Made by a program: the position numbers and the translations under genes. 64,000 bases of DNA from an uncultured Candidatus Saccharibacteria bacterium (GTDB lineage: Bacteria > Patescibacteriota > Saccharimonadia > Saccharimonadales > Saccharimonadaceae): contig CALBWN010000060.1 in NCBI GenBank assembly GCA_937974295.1, forward strand, positions 6,728-70,727, read 5' to 3'. Shown piece after piece: positions 7,918 through 16,599 of the stretch. The notes beneath the pieces were generated by a model, which saw only the letters and a program-made list of their open reading frames with translations, did no database searches and had not been told where the DNA came from. Position 1 is the stretch's first letter; each line of letters starts with the position of its first letter.

Positions 7918-8850
7918 ATGACAGAAAAAATTAGCAATAGACGTGAGCAGCTACAGCAAAAACCATCTCAAGAGATAATACGTACTCACGAGATATCATG
8001 GCATGCCCTGCGTGGCTATGACTTTGCCGGGCTCGAATCGATCCTCCAGTCCGGCTTAGAGCCTGCTGATAACCAGCAAGCTCATTGTGTGTGTTTGTCT
8101 GTTGCACCTGTCGCTGCGTGGTTGGCTGATAGGCCAGCTAATTCGTTTTATACCTACACACTTCAAAATGGGATTAGCCTTGCAATTGATACAAGGCATA
8201 AACGCCCAACGGGCGACTATGGCGGCTTTTTGGACGAGATAAGGGTGAGCCATGTGCAGCCAGATAAAATTGCTGGAATTATGTTGCCAGACCAAGCGCT
8301 GAGCCAACCACTTGTAGATATGACAACCCAGAGTGAGCCCAGGAAACCCCAGCAAGCAGAGAGCTATATTCGTCGTACGGCAAGACATGTGCAAGCCTTG
8401 GGTGCAACGATAGGCGAGGCAGACCAAGCGTATTTGCAAGAAGCTATCGAATTGTCTCGTGATGGAAAGCCTTTTTCTCGTGAGCAGAATGATGCTATCC
8501 AAGCAATGTTTATGAATTATTACTCGCAATGTTTGGAGCAGTTAGGTTTGGAGCCGACCGTAGGAGAGATGATACAGCTTGTTTTTGCAAGAGCAAACAA
8601 AACTCTTGATGTTTATGGCTGGACGGAGGAGCAGAAGCAGGAAATTGGCCTAAGAAATGTTCAGGAGTCTGTGCAAAAAGTTGGTGCTTGTGCTTTGGGT
8701 GGCAGCAGTATGTTTGGGAGTGATTATGGTAGGCCCCTAAGAGCTATTGGAGGAATTGATGAATTAGTAAATTATGGGGAAAACCGAGCACTTACCTCTA
8801 GTGATCTATACTTGTTGCGTCAGCGTCCTGTGAAGAAGCGTCGTCATTGA
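7918..8850 (+). CDS. Hypothetical protein with ADP-ribosyltransferase-like N-terminal domain
   Basis: WHALRG..LESILQSGL..VCLS..FLDEIRV..IAGI pattern (H/S/E). The ORF is solid; the function is inferred. Confidence 0.6.
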   Translation: MTEKISNRREQLQQKPSQEIIRTHEISWHALRGYDFAGLESILQSGLEPADNQQAHCVCLSVAPVAAWLADRPANSFYTYTLQNGISLAIDTRHKRPTGDYGGFLDEIRVSHVQPDKIAGIMLPDQALSQPLVDMTTQSEPRKPQQAESYIRRTARHVQALGATIGEADQAYLQEAIELSRDGKPFSREQNDAIQAMFMNYYSQCLEQLGLEPTVGEMIQLVFARANKTLDVYGWTEEQKQEIGLRNVQESVQKVGACALGGSSMFGSDYGRPLRAIGGIDELVNYGENRALTSSDLYLLRQRPVKKRRH

Positions 8851-8993
8851 TTACGCGCGAGCCGCCTTTTGTATTCGCTATTTCATCGTTATACTCCTGC
8901 AGATAGGCAACTACACGCTTGATACGTAGAGGATCAGCTTGGGGAGGCTTATTTCTGTTTGTTAATCTAATAACAGCGGAGAAAAGATGAAAT

Positions 8994-9020
8994 AAAAAGC
9001 ACCTTCTCTAGAGAAGGTGC
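8994..9020 (-). terminator. Intrinsic terminator after rpmE
   Basis: GCACCTTCTC-TA-GAGAAGGTGC followed by T5 on the minus strand. Confidence 0.8.
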
Positions 9021-9046
9021 TGTATGCTGAGCCTGCGTATAGGCTG

Positions 9047-9403
9047 TTACGCAGCCTTGGCGAAATCGTCTTTGCCAGCACTTGCTTGAGCGGCTTTGGC
9101 AGCCTTTTTGGCATTCTGCTTCTTGGCTTTGTTGGCCAGAGCGGCGCGGCGTGCCTCGGCAGCTTTGCGGCGTGCCTCGAAGCGATCGACCCGGCCCTCG
9201 GTGTCGATAATCTTCTCCTCACCAGTGAAGAATGGGTGAGACTTGCTGGAGATATGGACCTTGACGAGTGGATACTCGTTGCCATCCTCCCAGGTGATGG
9301 TGTCGTCGGTAGCGACCGTCGACTGCGTCAAAAACGCAAAGCCCGCCTGATCATCGCTAAATACGACAGGGCGGTAGGTTTGTGGGTGAATACTGCTTTT
9401 CAT
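9047..9403 (-). CDS. rpmE: 50S ribosomal protein L31 type B (no Zn cysteines) with Lys/Ala-rich tail
   Basis: [17 protein letters not shown]...WEDGNEYPL...[10 protein letters not shown]...EGRVDRF. Start moved to 9403. TTGACA-18-TACAAT upstream. Confidence 0.95.
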   Translation of the reverse strand: MKSSIHPQTYRPVVFSDDQAGFAFLTQSTVATDDTITWEDGNEYPLVKVHISSKSHPFFTGEEKIIDTEGRVDRFEARRKAAEARRAALANKAKKQNAKKAAKAAQASAGKDDFAKAA

Positions 9404-9524
9404 AACCGCTATATTGTAGCAGAGAGGGTGGGGGGTTGTCAAAGCAATGCCTTGATAGCCATAAAACTAAGCTATTCTGTTGAGAAAGTGGTATTATATC
9501 AGTATCAGATAAGGAGAATAGTAT

Positions 9525-11102
9525 ATGTCACATGCCTCAGAACATATAACATTGCCAGACCATCACGAGCAGAGTGAGCCAAAAAAAGTACTCGCCTATA
9601 ATGAGCAGAGTGAGCAAAGACACATCCCCAGCGAAGAAATCTATATACAGACTAAACTTAGCAAAGAATATCTTGGTGATGGTATTCGGCCAACGTATGA
9701 GGTAGATGGGCTGCGATTCTGCTTTCGCAATAGCGGCGAGGCACCACAGTTGCCGCACGCAGTGTATGCCGACCAAACGTATAAGAATCCACTGCTATCT
9801 GCCAATCAAGAAGCTGTCGCGCAACAGATTGAGCAGTATTCTACACGGAAGCTCGATAGAGACAGTTGCTTAGTTGCAACGACAACACCAGAGGGAGTAA
9901 TGAGACTGTGCGAGAGGATTATTGGTGACATTGATGAGCAGTTCTTGATTGGTCGATATGAGGACAATTTGCGCCGAGGCGACATCAGTACACCACGAAT
10001 ACAACGCTTGACAGATGAGATGATTGCTGCGGTTGCCTTCGATGAGAATAACGACCCAGCAGAAGAATCATCTAATACTGATGGATTGGCATTGGTGGTT
10101 GCGGCGTATTGTGGTGACATCACGGCTATGCAGTTGCTTGATCGAAAGCTAAATATGTTGTATCAAACACTCGAAGCCCAGCAACGAGAAGTGGAGATTA
10201 CGCTTGCTCGAGGATGGGCGACACGTCAGGAGAGTCGAGCCTTTGAGGGTTCTGAGATGCTGGGTGCAAGCGAAGTTGCGCTTGTCCACTCAACATCACA
10301 TAGGGTTGAGCGTGATGATGAGGGTAATGTCATTTTGCAACCACTTGCTGCACACACTGATAGTGCGCAGCCTTATGCACGTTCTTCGCTACACTTTACG
10401 CCAAACGGGCAGGTTGCATCGCATTCGTATGGGACATGGGATCGGAGCAATAAGCTTATTGTGACCAATATGCAAGAGATGATTGATAGAAATGGCTTGC
10501 CTGTATCGATGAATAGTTCAGATACATACTTTACGCGTAGCCCTGGTGAAGTTCTCGTGTTACCTGGCGCACTTGTTGTCGAACCAGTTGAAAATATAGA
10601 AGATGGTAGTATTATTGCTGAGGACAGCGAGGGGTGTAAGTATGTCGCGCGAGATGACTATACCGACAAGCAGAAGCAAGTGATTGCTCAGCTCGTTGTT
10701 GAATATGGGATCACCCCTGATGGATATAGCGATGAGGCGATTGTCCGCGAAGTAGCACTCCGCATGACAGAAGAACGTCTTGGCGTGCGCGAGTATACGA
10801 CAATTGGGCAGAATGATGTGTTTGCACAGCGTTATGCTGCTCTTGCGGAGTCTTTGGGTGTTGGTATGATTAGTCATATGAACTCGGCTGATTATGCGAT
10901 GGAGCGTGCAGTGCAAGGTTTTTCGCAAGAGAGTGATTGGCATAATAATCCAACACTACACTTCTCAATGTTCCAAAATGGTAAGCTGCCATCGCTTGAT
11001 GCAATGCGTACTGCGGTGTGGGCTGGTTATTTGCCAGCAGTCGATATTGCCAAAGCACATACAGAAGCAGATGCACGCATCAATAGCGGTCTAGAATATT
11101 AA
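9525..11102 (+). CDS. Orphan hypothetical protein (525 aa)
   Basis: Long ORF with AAGGAG RBS. Central motif LVHST...RSSLHFTPNGQVASHSYGTW...DTYF. Confidence 0.8.
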   Translation: MSHASEHITLPDHHEQSEPKKVLAYNEQSEQRHIPSEEIYIQTKLSKEYLGDGIRPTYEVDGLRFCFRNSGEAPQLPHAVYADQTYKNPLLSANQEAVAQQIEQYSTRKLDRDSCLVATTTPEGVMRLCERIIGDIDEQFLIGRYEDNLRRGDISTPRIQRLTDEMIAAVAFDENNDPAEESSNTDGLALVVAAYCGDITAMQLLDRKLNMLYQTLEAQQREVEITLARGWATRQESRAFEGSEMLGASEVALVHSTSHRVERDDEGNVILQPLAAHTDSAQPYARSSLHFTPNGQVASHSYGTWDRSNKLIVTNMQEMIDRNGLPVSMNSSDTYFTRSPGEVLVLPGALVVEPVENIEDGSIIAEDSEGCKYVARDDYTDKQKQVIAQLVVEYGITPDGYSDEAIVREVALRMTEERLGVREYTTIGQNDVFAQRYAALAESLGVGMISHMNSADYAMERAVQGFSQESDWHNNPTLHFSMFQNGKLPSLDAMRTAVWAGYLPAVDIAKAHTEADARINSGLEY

Positions 11103-11191
11103 CAGCTTTCTTGTATGAGAAAATGAAGACATACCTATGAGAATGACGCATAGTATGCTATAATTCTCTCGTAACTAACCATAACGACACA

Positions 11192-11220
11192 GCTCCACAC
11201 CACTCCATACCGTGTGGGGC
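11192..11220 (+). promoter_or_regulatory. Hairpin in rpsB 5' leader
   Basis: GCTCCACAC/GTGTGGGGC stem downstream of TGCTATAAT (11156-11164). rpsB leaders are commonly autoregulatory. Confidence 0.45.
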
Positions 11221-11243
11221 AAGGCAAAAAGGAGTAATGCGAT

Positions 11244-11945
11244 ATGGCCGTGCAGGCAGATATCAAGGCTTTGTTTGAAGCCGGTGCTCATTTTGGGCAC
11301 AAGACCAGCCGGTGGCATCCGAAGATGGCACCATATATTCATAGCAAGCGGCAAGATAGCCACATCATCGACCTGGCCAAGACGGTCGAGGCACTGAATG
11401 TGGCGCTGCCCATCATTAGCAAGACAGTGGCAAGCGGCAAGCAAGTCCTCTTCGTTGGCACCAAGAAGCAGGCGAAGGACATCACCCGCCAAGCTGCCGA
11501 GGCAGTTGGTCAGCCATATGTGACCAACCGCTGGGTCGGTGGGATGCTCACCAATGTGACGACTACCACTGCGCAGATCAAGAAACTCAAGGATTTGGAG
11601 CGCCGCATGGCCAGTGGCGACCTCGAGAAGCGCTATAACAAGCTAGAAGTCCAGCGCTACCAAGAAGAGATCGACAGCCTCAACTTCAAATACGGTGGCA
11701 TCAAAGACCTCAATGGCAAGCCTGGCCTGGTGCTGGTGCTTGATATCTTGGCCGATAGCAACGCTCTGCGCGAGGCTAAGACGCTCGGTGTGTCAGTGAT
11801 CGGTATTGTTGACACCAACGCCAACCCCGACCTGGTTGATTATCCTATCCCCGCTAACGATGATGCGATCAAGAGCCTGCAGCTGATGCTCGACTACTTC
11901 AGTGCAGCAGTCAACGAGGGCAAGGCAACGAAGGAGGAGAACTAA
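11244..11945 (+). CDS. rpsB: 30S ribosomal protein S2
   Basis: LFEAGAHFGH..WHPKM..RWVGGMLTN..IPANDDAIKS. Confidence 0.98.
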   Translation: MAVQADIKALFEAGAHFGHKTSRWHPKMAPYIHSKRQDSHIIDLAKTVEALNVALPIISKTVASGKQVLFVGTKKQAKDITRQAAEAVGQPYVTNRWVGGMLTNVTTTTAQIKKLKDLERRMASGDLEKRYNKLEVQRYQEEIDSLNFKYGGIKDLNGKPGLVLVLDILADSNALREAKTLGVSVIGIVDTNANPDLVDYPIPANDDAIKSLQLMLDYFSAAVNEGKATKEEN

Positions 11946-11947
11946 CC

Positions 11948-12544
11948 ATGGCAGTGACGATTGACGACATCAAGAAGCTCAAGGAACTGACTGGCATTGG
12001 TCTGACCGATGCCAAGAAGGCACTGGTGGAGGCCGAAGGCGACTTCGACTCAGCACTCAATGCTTTGCGCAAAAAGGGTCTGACCAAGGCGGAGAAAAAG
12101 GGCGACCGCGAGACCCGCGAAGGGTTGATCGAGAGCTATGTCCACAGTGGTCGGATCGGTGTGGTGGTCGAGGTCAACTGTGAGACAGATTTTGTAGCCC
12201 GCCTGCCCGAGTTTAAGGAGTTTGCGCGCCAGATTGCTATGCAGGTTGCTGCGATGAACCCACGCTATGCTACGATGGACGACATCCCAGCTGAGGTGTA
12301 CGACGCCAAGAAGCAGGAGTTTCTCGCCAGCGATGCCTTGGCCAGCAAGCCCGAGGCAATGCGCGACCAAATCGTCGAAGGGCAGCTCAAGAAGCACTTC
12401 ACCGAGCAAGTCTTGGCCGAGCAAGCCTTTGTGCTCGACGACAGCAAGACGGTTGGCCAGCTCATCAAAGAGCAGGTGGCACTGCGCGGTGAGAATGTCC
12501 GCGTTAGCCAGTTCAAGCGGATTGAGCTGGGCGTGACAGAGTAG
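11948..12544 (+). CDS. tsf: Elongation factor Ts (short form)
   Basis: IKKLKELTG..KKAL..EVNCETDFVAR. Follows rpsB. Confidence 0.97.
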   Translation: MAVTIDDIKKLKELTGIGLTDAKKALVEAEGDFDSALNALRKKGLTKAEKKGDRETREGLIESYVHSGRIGVVVEVNCETDFVARLPEFKEFARQIAMQVAAMNPRYATMDDIPAEVYDAKKQEFLASDALASKPEAMRDQIVEGQLKKHFTEQVLAEQAFVLDDSKTVGQLIKEQVALRGENVRVSQFKRIELGVTE

Positions 12545-12568
12545 TCGCGCGAAGCTAGAATTTTGTGT

Positions 12569-12603
12569 AGCGAGTGGCATGATAATGTGTCGCTCGCTTT
12601 TTT
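12569..12603 (+). terminator. Intrinsic terminator after tsf
   Basis: AGCGAGTGGCAT/GTGTCGCTCGCT stem plus T-run. Confidence 0.8.
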
Positions 12604-12695
12604 ATGGCTTCATCCACCTCCTCCTATCGACTGCGCCATGTGGGCGGAGTGCAAAAGAGATGGTGGTAACTACTGGTACTTCATAGTTTTTTGTA

Positions 12696-12817
12696 TGTCT
12701 TCACGGCAAGATCGCTGCACAAGAAAATATATGGAGACCAGCGAATACACGAACGGGTAAGCCTCTCGCACCATCTGGCCGGAATATTTGCGGTGTAGTG
12801 AGTATGTCGTGAAGACA
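12696..12817 (+). ncRNA. Structured repeat element, copy 1 (candidate novel RNA motif)
   Basis: Stems 12696-12708/12805-12817 and 12712-12720/12793-12801 (G-U pairs). Core shared with 16416-16492. Confidence 0.6.
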
Positions 12818-12995
12818 CTGTACCGACTCTAGGATTATGAATTAAGACCTAGATAAGCAATGACCGAGAGATGCTTCACTCAAATAGTATTTTATCTGGC
12901 AAGCGCGAGCAACAATGCCGGCTATTTTTCTGCAAACTCTCCTCATGCCATAGTAAATAATGGTACAATAAAGGAAAACCAAGAAGGAGATCGCG

Positions 12996-13550
12996 ATGTT
13001 TGATACCACCCCCTACGAAGAAAAGATGAACCATGCGCTAGAGCACCTGGAGGAGCGCCTGGGGAAGATCCGCACCGGCCGGGCTCATGCGAGTATGCTT
13101 GATGGCGTTATGGTCGAGGCGTATGGCACCAGTATGCCGCTCAACCAAGTGGCTAACGTGACGGCACCAGAGGCGACACTGCTGCAGATTACGCCATTTG
13201 ACCCAGCTAATTTGCAAAAGATCGCCAGCGCCATCCGAGCCGATCAAGCGCTTGGCCTTAACCCGAGCGACGATGGTCACGTCGTCCGTGTGCCAGTGCC
13301 ACCACTGACAGAGGAGCGCCGCAAGCAACTAGTTAAGCAAGCCAGCGAGAAGGTGGAAGAAGCACGCATCGCCCTGCGTGGGGTACGCCAAGACGCCCTG
13401 AAGGACGCCAAGCGCCGCAAAGAAGCCAAGGAGCTGAGTGAAGATGACGTGAAGGCGGTGGAGAAGGAGATCGATCGCCTCATGGCGCAGCACCAAGCCA
13501 CGATAGAAGCCGCCTTTGCCGCTAAAGAGAAGGATATTTTGACAATTTAA
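12996..13550 (+). CDS. frr: Ribosome recycling factor
   Basis: KIRTGRA..YG..PLNQVANV..LGLNP..PPLTEERRK. Confidence 0.98.
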   Translation: MFDTTPYEEKMNHALEHLEERLGKIRTGRAHASMLDGVMVEAYGTSMPLNQVANVTAPEATLLQITPFDPANLQKIASAIRADQALGLNPSDDGHVVRVPVPPLTEERRKQLVKQASEKVEEARIALRGVRQDALKDAKRRKEAKELSEDDVKAVEKEIDRLMAQHQATIEAAFAAKEKDILTI

Positions 13551-13602
13551 TGACATTCTCTCTGCCCACGTCCGCAACTAAATGCCTATTATGGAGCCAC
13601 GC

Positions 13603-14298
13603 ATGAGTGCTACTACGCACTTGCCGCAACATGTGGGCTATATTGTTGATGGCAACCGGCGCTGGGCCAAGCAGCGTGGCCTCTCAGCCCAAGAGGGGCA
13701 CAGCGCGGGCTACGAGAAGCTGCGCGATATTGCCCTTACTACCATCAAGCGTGGCGTGCCGTACGTTAGCGCCTATATCTTTAGCACCGAGAACTGGCAT
13801 CGCAGCGGCCCAGAGGTCAAACACTTGATGAATCTGCTGGTGACGATGCTCGACCAAGACCTGCCGATCTTCATCGAGCATGGGGTGCGTATCCGCGTGG
13901 CGGGGACGCGCCTGCGTCTGAGCCGGCGGGTCAAGAAGGCGATCGATGCTGCCGAGGCTGCCACCAAGGATTTGCAGCAGGGTACGATGGTTCTGTCGTT
14001 TAATTATGGTGGGCAGCAGGAGATCATTGATGCGGTCAATCGCTTACGCAAAACACTTTCTGTCCACAAGAAGGTAACGGCCCAGATCTTTGAGCAATTT
14101 TTGTATACACCGGATGTGCCGCCGTGTGATTTGATCGTTCGTACTAGTGGTGAGCAGCGGCTGAGCAACTTCATGCTGTGGCGCAGCGCATATAGCGAGC
14201 TGCTGTTCTTGGATAAGCCGTGGCCAGATATGACGCACGCCGACGTCGATGCTTTGCTGGCCGAGTATGCCCGGCGGCAGCGACGCTTTGGAGGATAA
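13603..14298 (+). CDS. uppS: Undecaprenyl/isoprenyl diphosphate synthase
   Basis: HVGYIVDGNRRWA..FSTENW..RTSGEQRLSNFMLW. GGAG RBS before 13603 (alternative start 13582). Confidence 0.96.
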   Translation: MSATTHLPQHVGYIVDGNRRWAKQRGLSAQEGHSAGYEKLRDIALTTIKRGVPYVSAYIFSTENWHRSGPEVKHLMNLLVTMLDQDLPIFIEHGVRIRVAGTRLRLSRRVKKAIDAAEAATKDLQQGTMVLSFNYGGQQEIIDAVNRLRKTLSVHKKVTAQIFEQFLYTPDVPPCDLIVRTSGEQRLSNFMLWRSAYSELLFLDKPWPDMTHADVDALLAEYARRQRRFGG

Positions 14299-14310
14299 CG
14301 AAGGAGGAAT

Positions 14311-15477
14311 ATGGAAATAGTCATTGGTATTATTATTGGGGTAATCGCACTGACGCTACTGGTGGCAACGCACGAGCTAGGCCACGGCATTGTGGCGCGG
14401 CGCAATGGTGTGGTGGTGGAGGAATTTGGCATTGGCTTTCCACCGCAGGCTTATAGCAAGGTGATCAAAAAAAGTATTCTGGGCGAGAATGTCCGCTTCT
14501 CGCTCAACTGGCTGCCGCTGGGTGGCTTTGTTAAGCTGCAGGGCGAGCATGATGCGGCCGATCAACCTGGTGATTATGGCGCAGCAACCTTTTGGCAGAA
14601 GACCAAGATTTTATTGGCTGGCGTGACCGTCAACTGGCTGACCGCAGTGGTGCTCCTTACTGGCCTCGCCTGGGTGGGCCTACCCAAGATGATCGACAAC
14701 CAATTTTACCTACCAAGCGACGCAGTGGTGAGTAACCACCCGGTGCAGCTGGGCACACTTACTCCTGGCTTGCCCGCTGCTAAGGCAGGCCTCCGCCAGG
14801 GTGATGCAATTAGCCAACTAGCTGGGCAAACGGTGCGTAGCACGTCCGACCTCGCGCACTTTGCCAGCCAGCACAAGGGCGAGACTGTGCCTGTGGTGTA
14901 CTCCCGCGGTGATAAGCAAGCCACTGCCATGGTGGCGCTGCGCAATGATAACCCTGACCGCAAAGGCTACCTGGGGGCAGAGCTCACCAAGCAGCAAGAT
15001 ACAATCCGCGCCACCTGGTCGGCACCAATTGTCGGTGTGGTGACAACGGCGCAGCTTACGAGAGTGACGCTCCAAGGCCTGGGCGATATGGTGGTAAACC
15101 TTGCTACTGGCCTGGTGCAGCAGTTTAGCAGCGACAGCGCGACGAGCCAGCAGGCCAAGCAAAACTTATCGCAAGTGGGTAATGCTGTGGCTGGCCCGGT
15201 GGGGATCTTTGCCATTATCTTCCCAGCAGCGGGGCGGGCTGGCGTGGTGCATGTACTGCTGCTGACAGCGATCATTGCGCTATCGCTGGCAGTGATGAAT
15301 ATCTTGCCCATTCCGGCGCTCGATGGTGGCCGCTGGACCGTGATGGCGATCTTCCGCCTGCTGCGCAAACCACTCAGCAAGCAGATGGAAGAGAATATCC
15401 AAGCAGCTGGTTTCTTGTGTTTGCTTGGCTTAATTGTGCTCGTGACGATTGCTGATATAGGGAAGTTGGTGCACTGA
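14311..15477 (+). CDS. rseP: Site-2 protease RseP (M50) with PDZ domain
   Basis: HELGH, EFGIGF, PLGGFV, NILPIPALDGG. Confidence 0.95.
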   Translation: MEIVIGIIIGVIALTLLVATHELGHGIVARRNGVVVEEFGIGFPPQAYSKVIKKSILGENVRFSLNWLPLGGFVKLQGEHDAADQPGDYGAATFWQKTKILLAGVTVNWLTAVVLLTGLAWVGLPKMIDNQFYLPSDAVVSNHPVQLGTLTPGLPAAKAGLRQGDAISQLAGQTVRSTSDLAHFASQHKGETVPVVYSRGDKQATAMVALRNDNPDRKGYLGAELTKQQDTIRATWSAPIVGVVTTAQLTRVTLQGLGDMVVNLATGLVQQFSSDSATSQQAKQNLSQVGNAVAGPVGIFAIIFPAAGRAGVVHVLLLTAIIALSLAVMNILPIPALDGGRWTVMAIFRLLRKPLSKQMEENIQAAGFLCLLGLIVLVTIADIGKLVH

Positions 15478-15583
15478 TGCAGGCTACGCAGTGTAGTAGG
15501 GCAGAGCGTTATCGTGGAGGTTTGCGCCGCGGGGAGATATGGTTGCTCAATCGCGTAATGGTAATACATAAGGAACTCACTTC

Positions 15584-16381
15584 ATGATACGTGTTGCTCT
15601 CCGCCCCAAAGCCGCTCACTCCTCCCAGCCCAAAACGCCGCTCACACCGCGCCAGCGCCTGCTGCGCGTTGCCTCGTGGCTCGGTTGGCCGCTGTGGGTC
15701 TGGCTGAGCTTTATGGGGGCAGGGTTACTCTGTAGTGTGGTACTCTACCTTCTCTTTCATGGCCAAGAGTCAGTGCCGGTCTTGCCGCTCATTATGATGC
15801 AAACGGCGGTCTATGTGGTGGCATTGGCGCTGCTGATTGGCCTACCATGGCTGGTGCGGCGCGCACGGCCCAAGATGCCAGCGAGCTTTCGCACCACCTG
15901 GCGCCAGCTTGGGTGGCGGCGCGCGCTGCAGTGGCGCGACTTTGGCTGGGCGCTGGTGGGCTTCATTATCTACATTGTGTTATCGATGATTGCGCTGGCG
16001 GCGGCCAAGCAGTGGCTGCCCAGCTTTGACGCGACTCAGGCGCAGAATCTTGGCTACCAGCAGCTCTACGGCGCAGAGCGCTTGCTTGCCTTTGCAATGT
16101 TGGTGGTGGTAGCGCCAGTGGCTGAGGAGCTGGTGTTTCGCGGCTATTTGTATAGCAAGCTCCATGCCGCGCACATGCCGCTGTGGCTCATTACCGTGGT
16201 GGTGAGTGGGCTCTTTGGCTATGTGCATGGCCAGCTCAACGTTGGCATTGATGTAGCGATGCTCAGCGTAGTGCTGGTGGCACTGCGCCATACAACTGGC
16301 ACAATATGGCCCGGCATCCTCATTCATATGGTCAAGAACACGATTGCATTTTTGGCGGTGTTTGTCTTTATGGTGGGATGA
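15584..16381 (+). CDS. CPBP/Abi (CAAX-like) intramembrane protease
   Basis: PVAEELVFRG..FGYVH..HMVKN motifs. Multiple TM helices. Confidence 0.92.
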   Translation: MIRVALRPKAAHSSQPKTPLTPRQRLLRVASWLGWPLWVWLSFMGAGLLCSVVLYLLFHGQESVPVLPLIMMQTAVYVVALALLIGLPWLVRRARPKMPASFRTTWRQLGWRRALQWRDFGWALVGFIIYIVLSMIALAAAKQWLPSFDATQAQNLGYQQLYGAERLLAFAMLVVVAPVAEELVFRGYLYSKLHAAHMPLWLITVVVSGLFGYVHGQLNVGIDVAMLSVVLVALRHTTGTIWPGILIHMVKNTIAFLAVFVFMVG

Positions 16382-16385
16382 TAGG

Positions 16386-16524
16386 GAAGAACGAGCTGGC
16401 GAGCGAGCTCAACGAACAAGAAAATATCTGGAGGCCAGCAACCAAATATACGGAAAAGCACCACCATTCTATCTGGCCGGAACATTTTCGGTTCGGCGAG
16501 CTGACTGCGCCAGCGGTTGGCTTC
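16386..16524 (+). ncRNA. Structured repeat element, copy 2 (candidate novel RNA motif)
   Basis: Stems 16395-16401/16508-16514, 16406-16410/16498-16502, 16413-16417/16491-16495, 16420-16425/16484-16489, 16433-16438/16473-16478. Confidence 0.6.
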
Positions 16525-16599
16525 GAGATGAAATTATGAGCATTCAGCCTGGCAGCCGCATGCCACTTTTGCCAATCTTGTGTTACTATAAGAGAGATT

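Noticed and set aside
12604..12995. pyrH remnant between tsf and frr
   Set aside because: No translated similarity to UMP kinase motifs (KLSGE, GGGN) was recognisable.
16420..16470. SAM-I riboswitch (CCAGCAACC) or T-box before proS
   Set aside because: The other SAM-I elements are absent and copy 1 lacks GCAACC. No T-box GGTGG.ACCGCG or terminator is seen before proS, lysS or serS.
16378..16539. 53-aa ORF (MIGKNEL...QENIWRPA...) overlapping the CPBP stop
   Set aside because: The homologous copy at 12.7 kb has no start codon and a 1-nt indel, while base pairing is preserved in both copies. RNA structure is the better explanation, though coding is not fully excluded.
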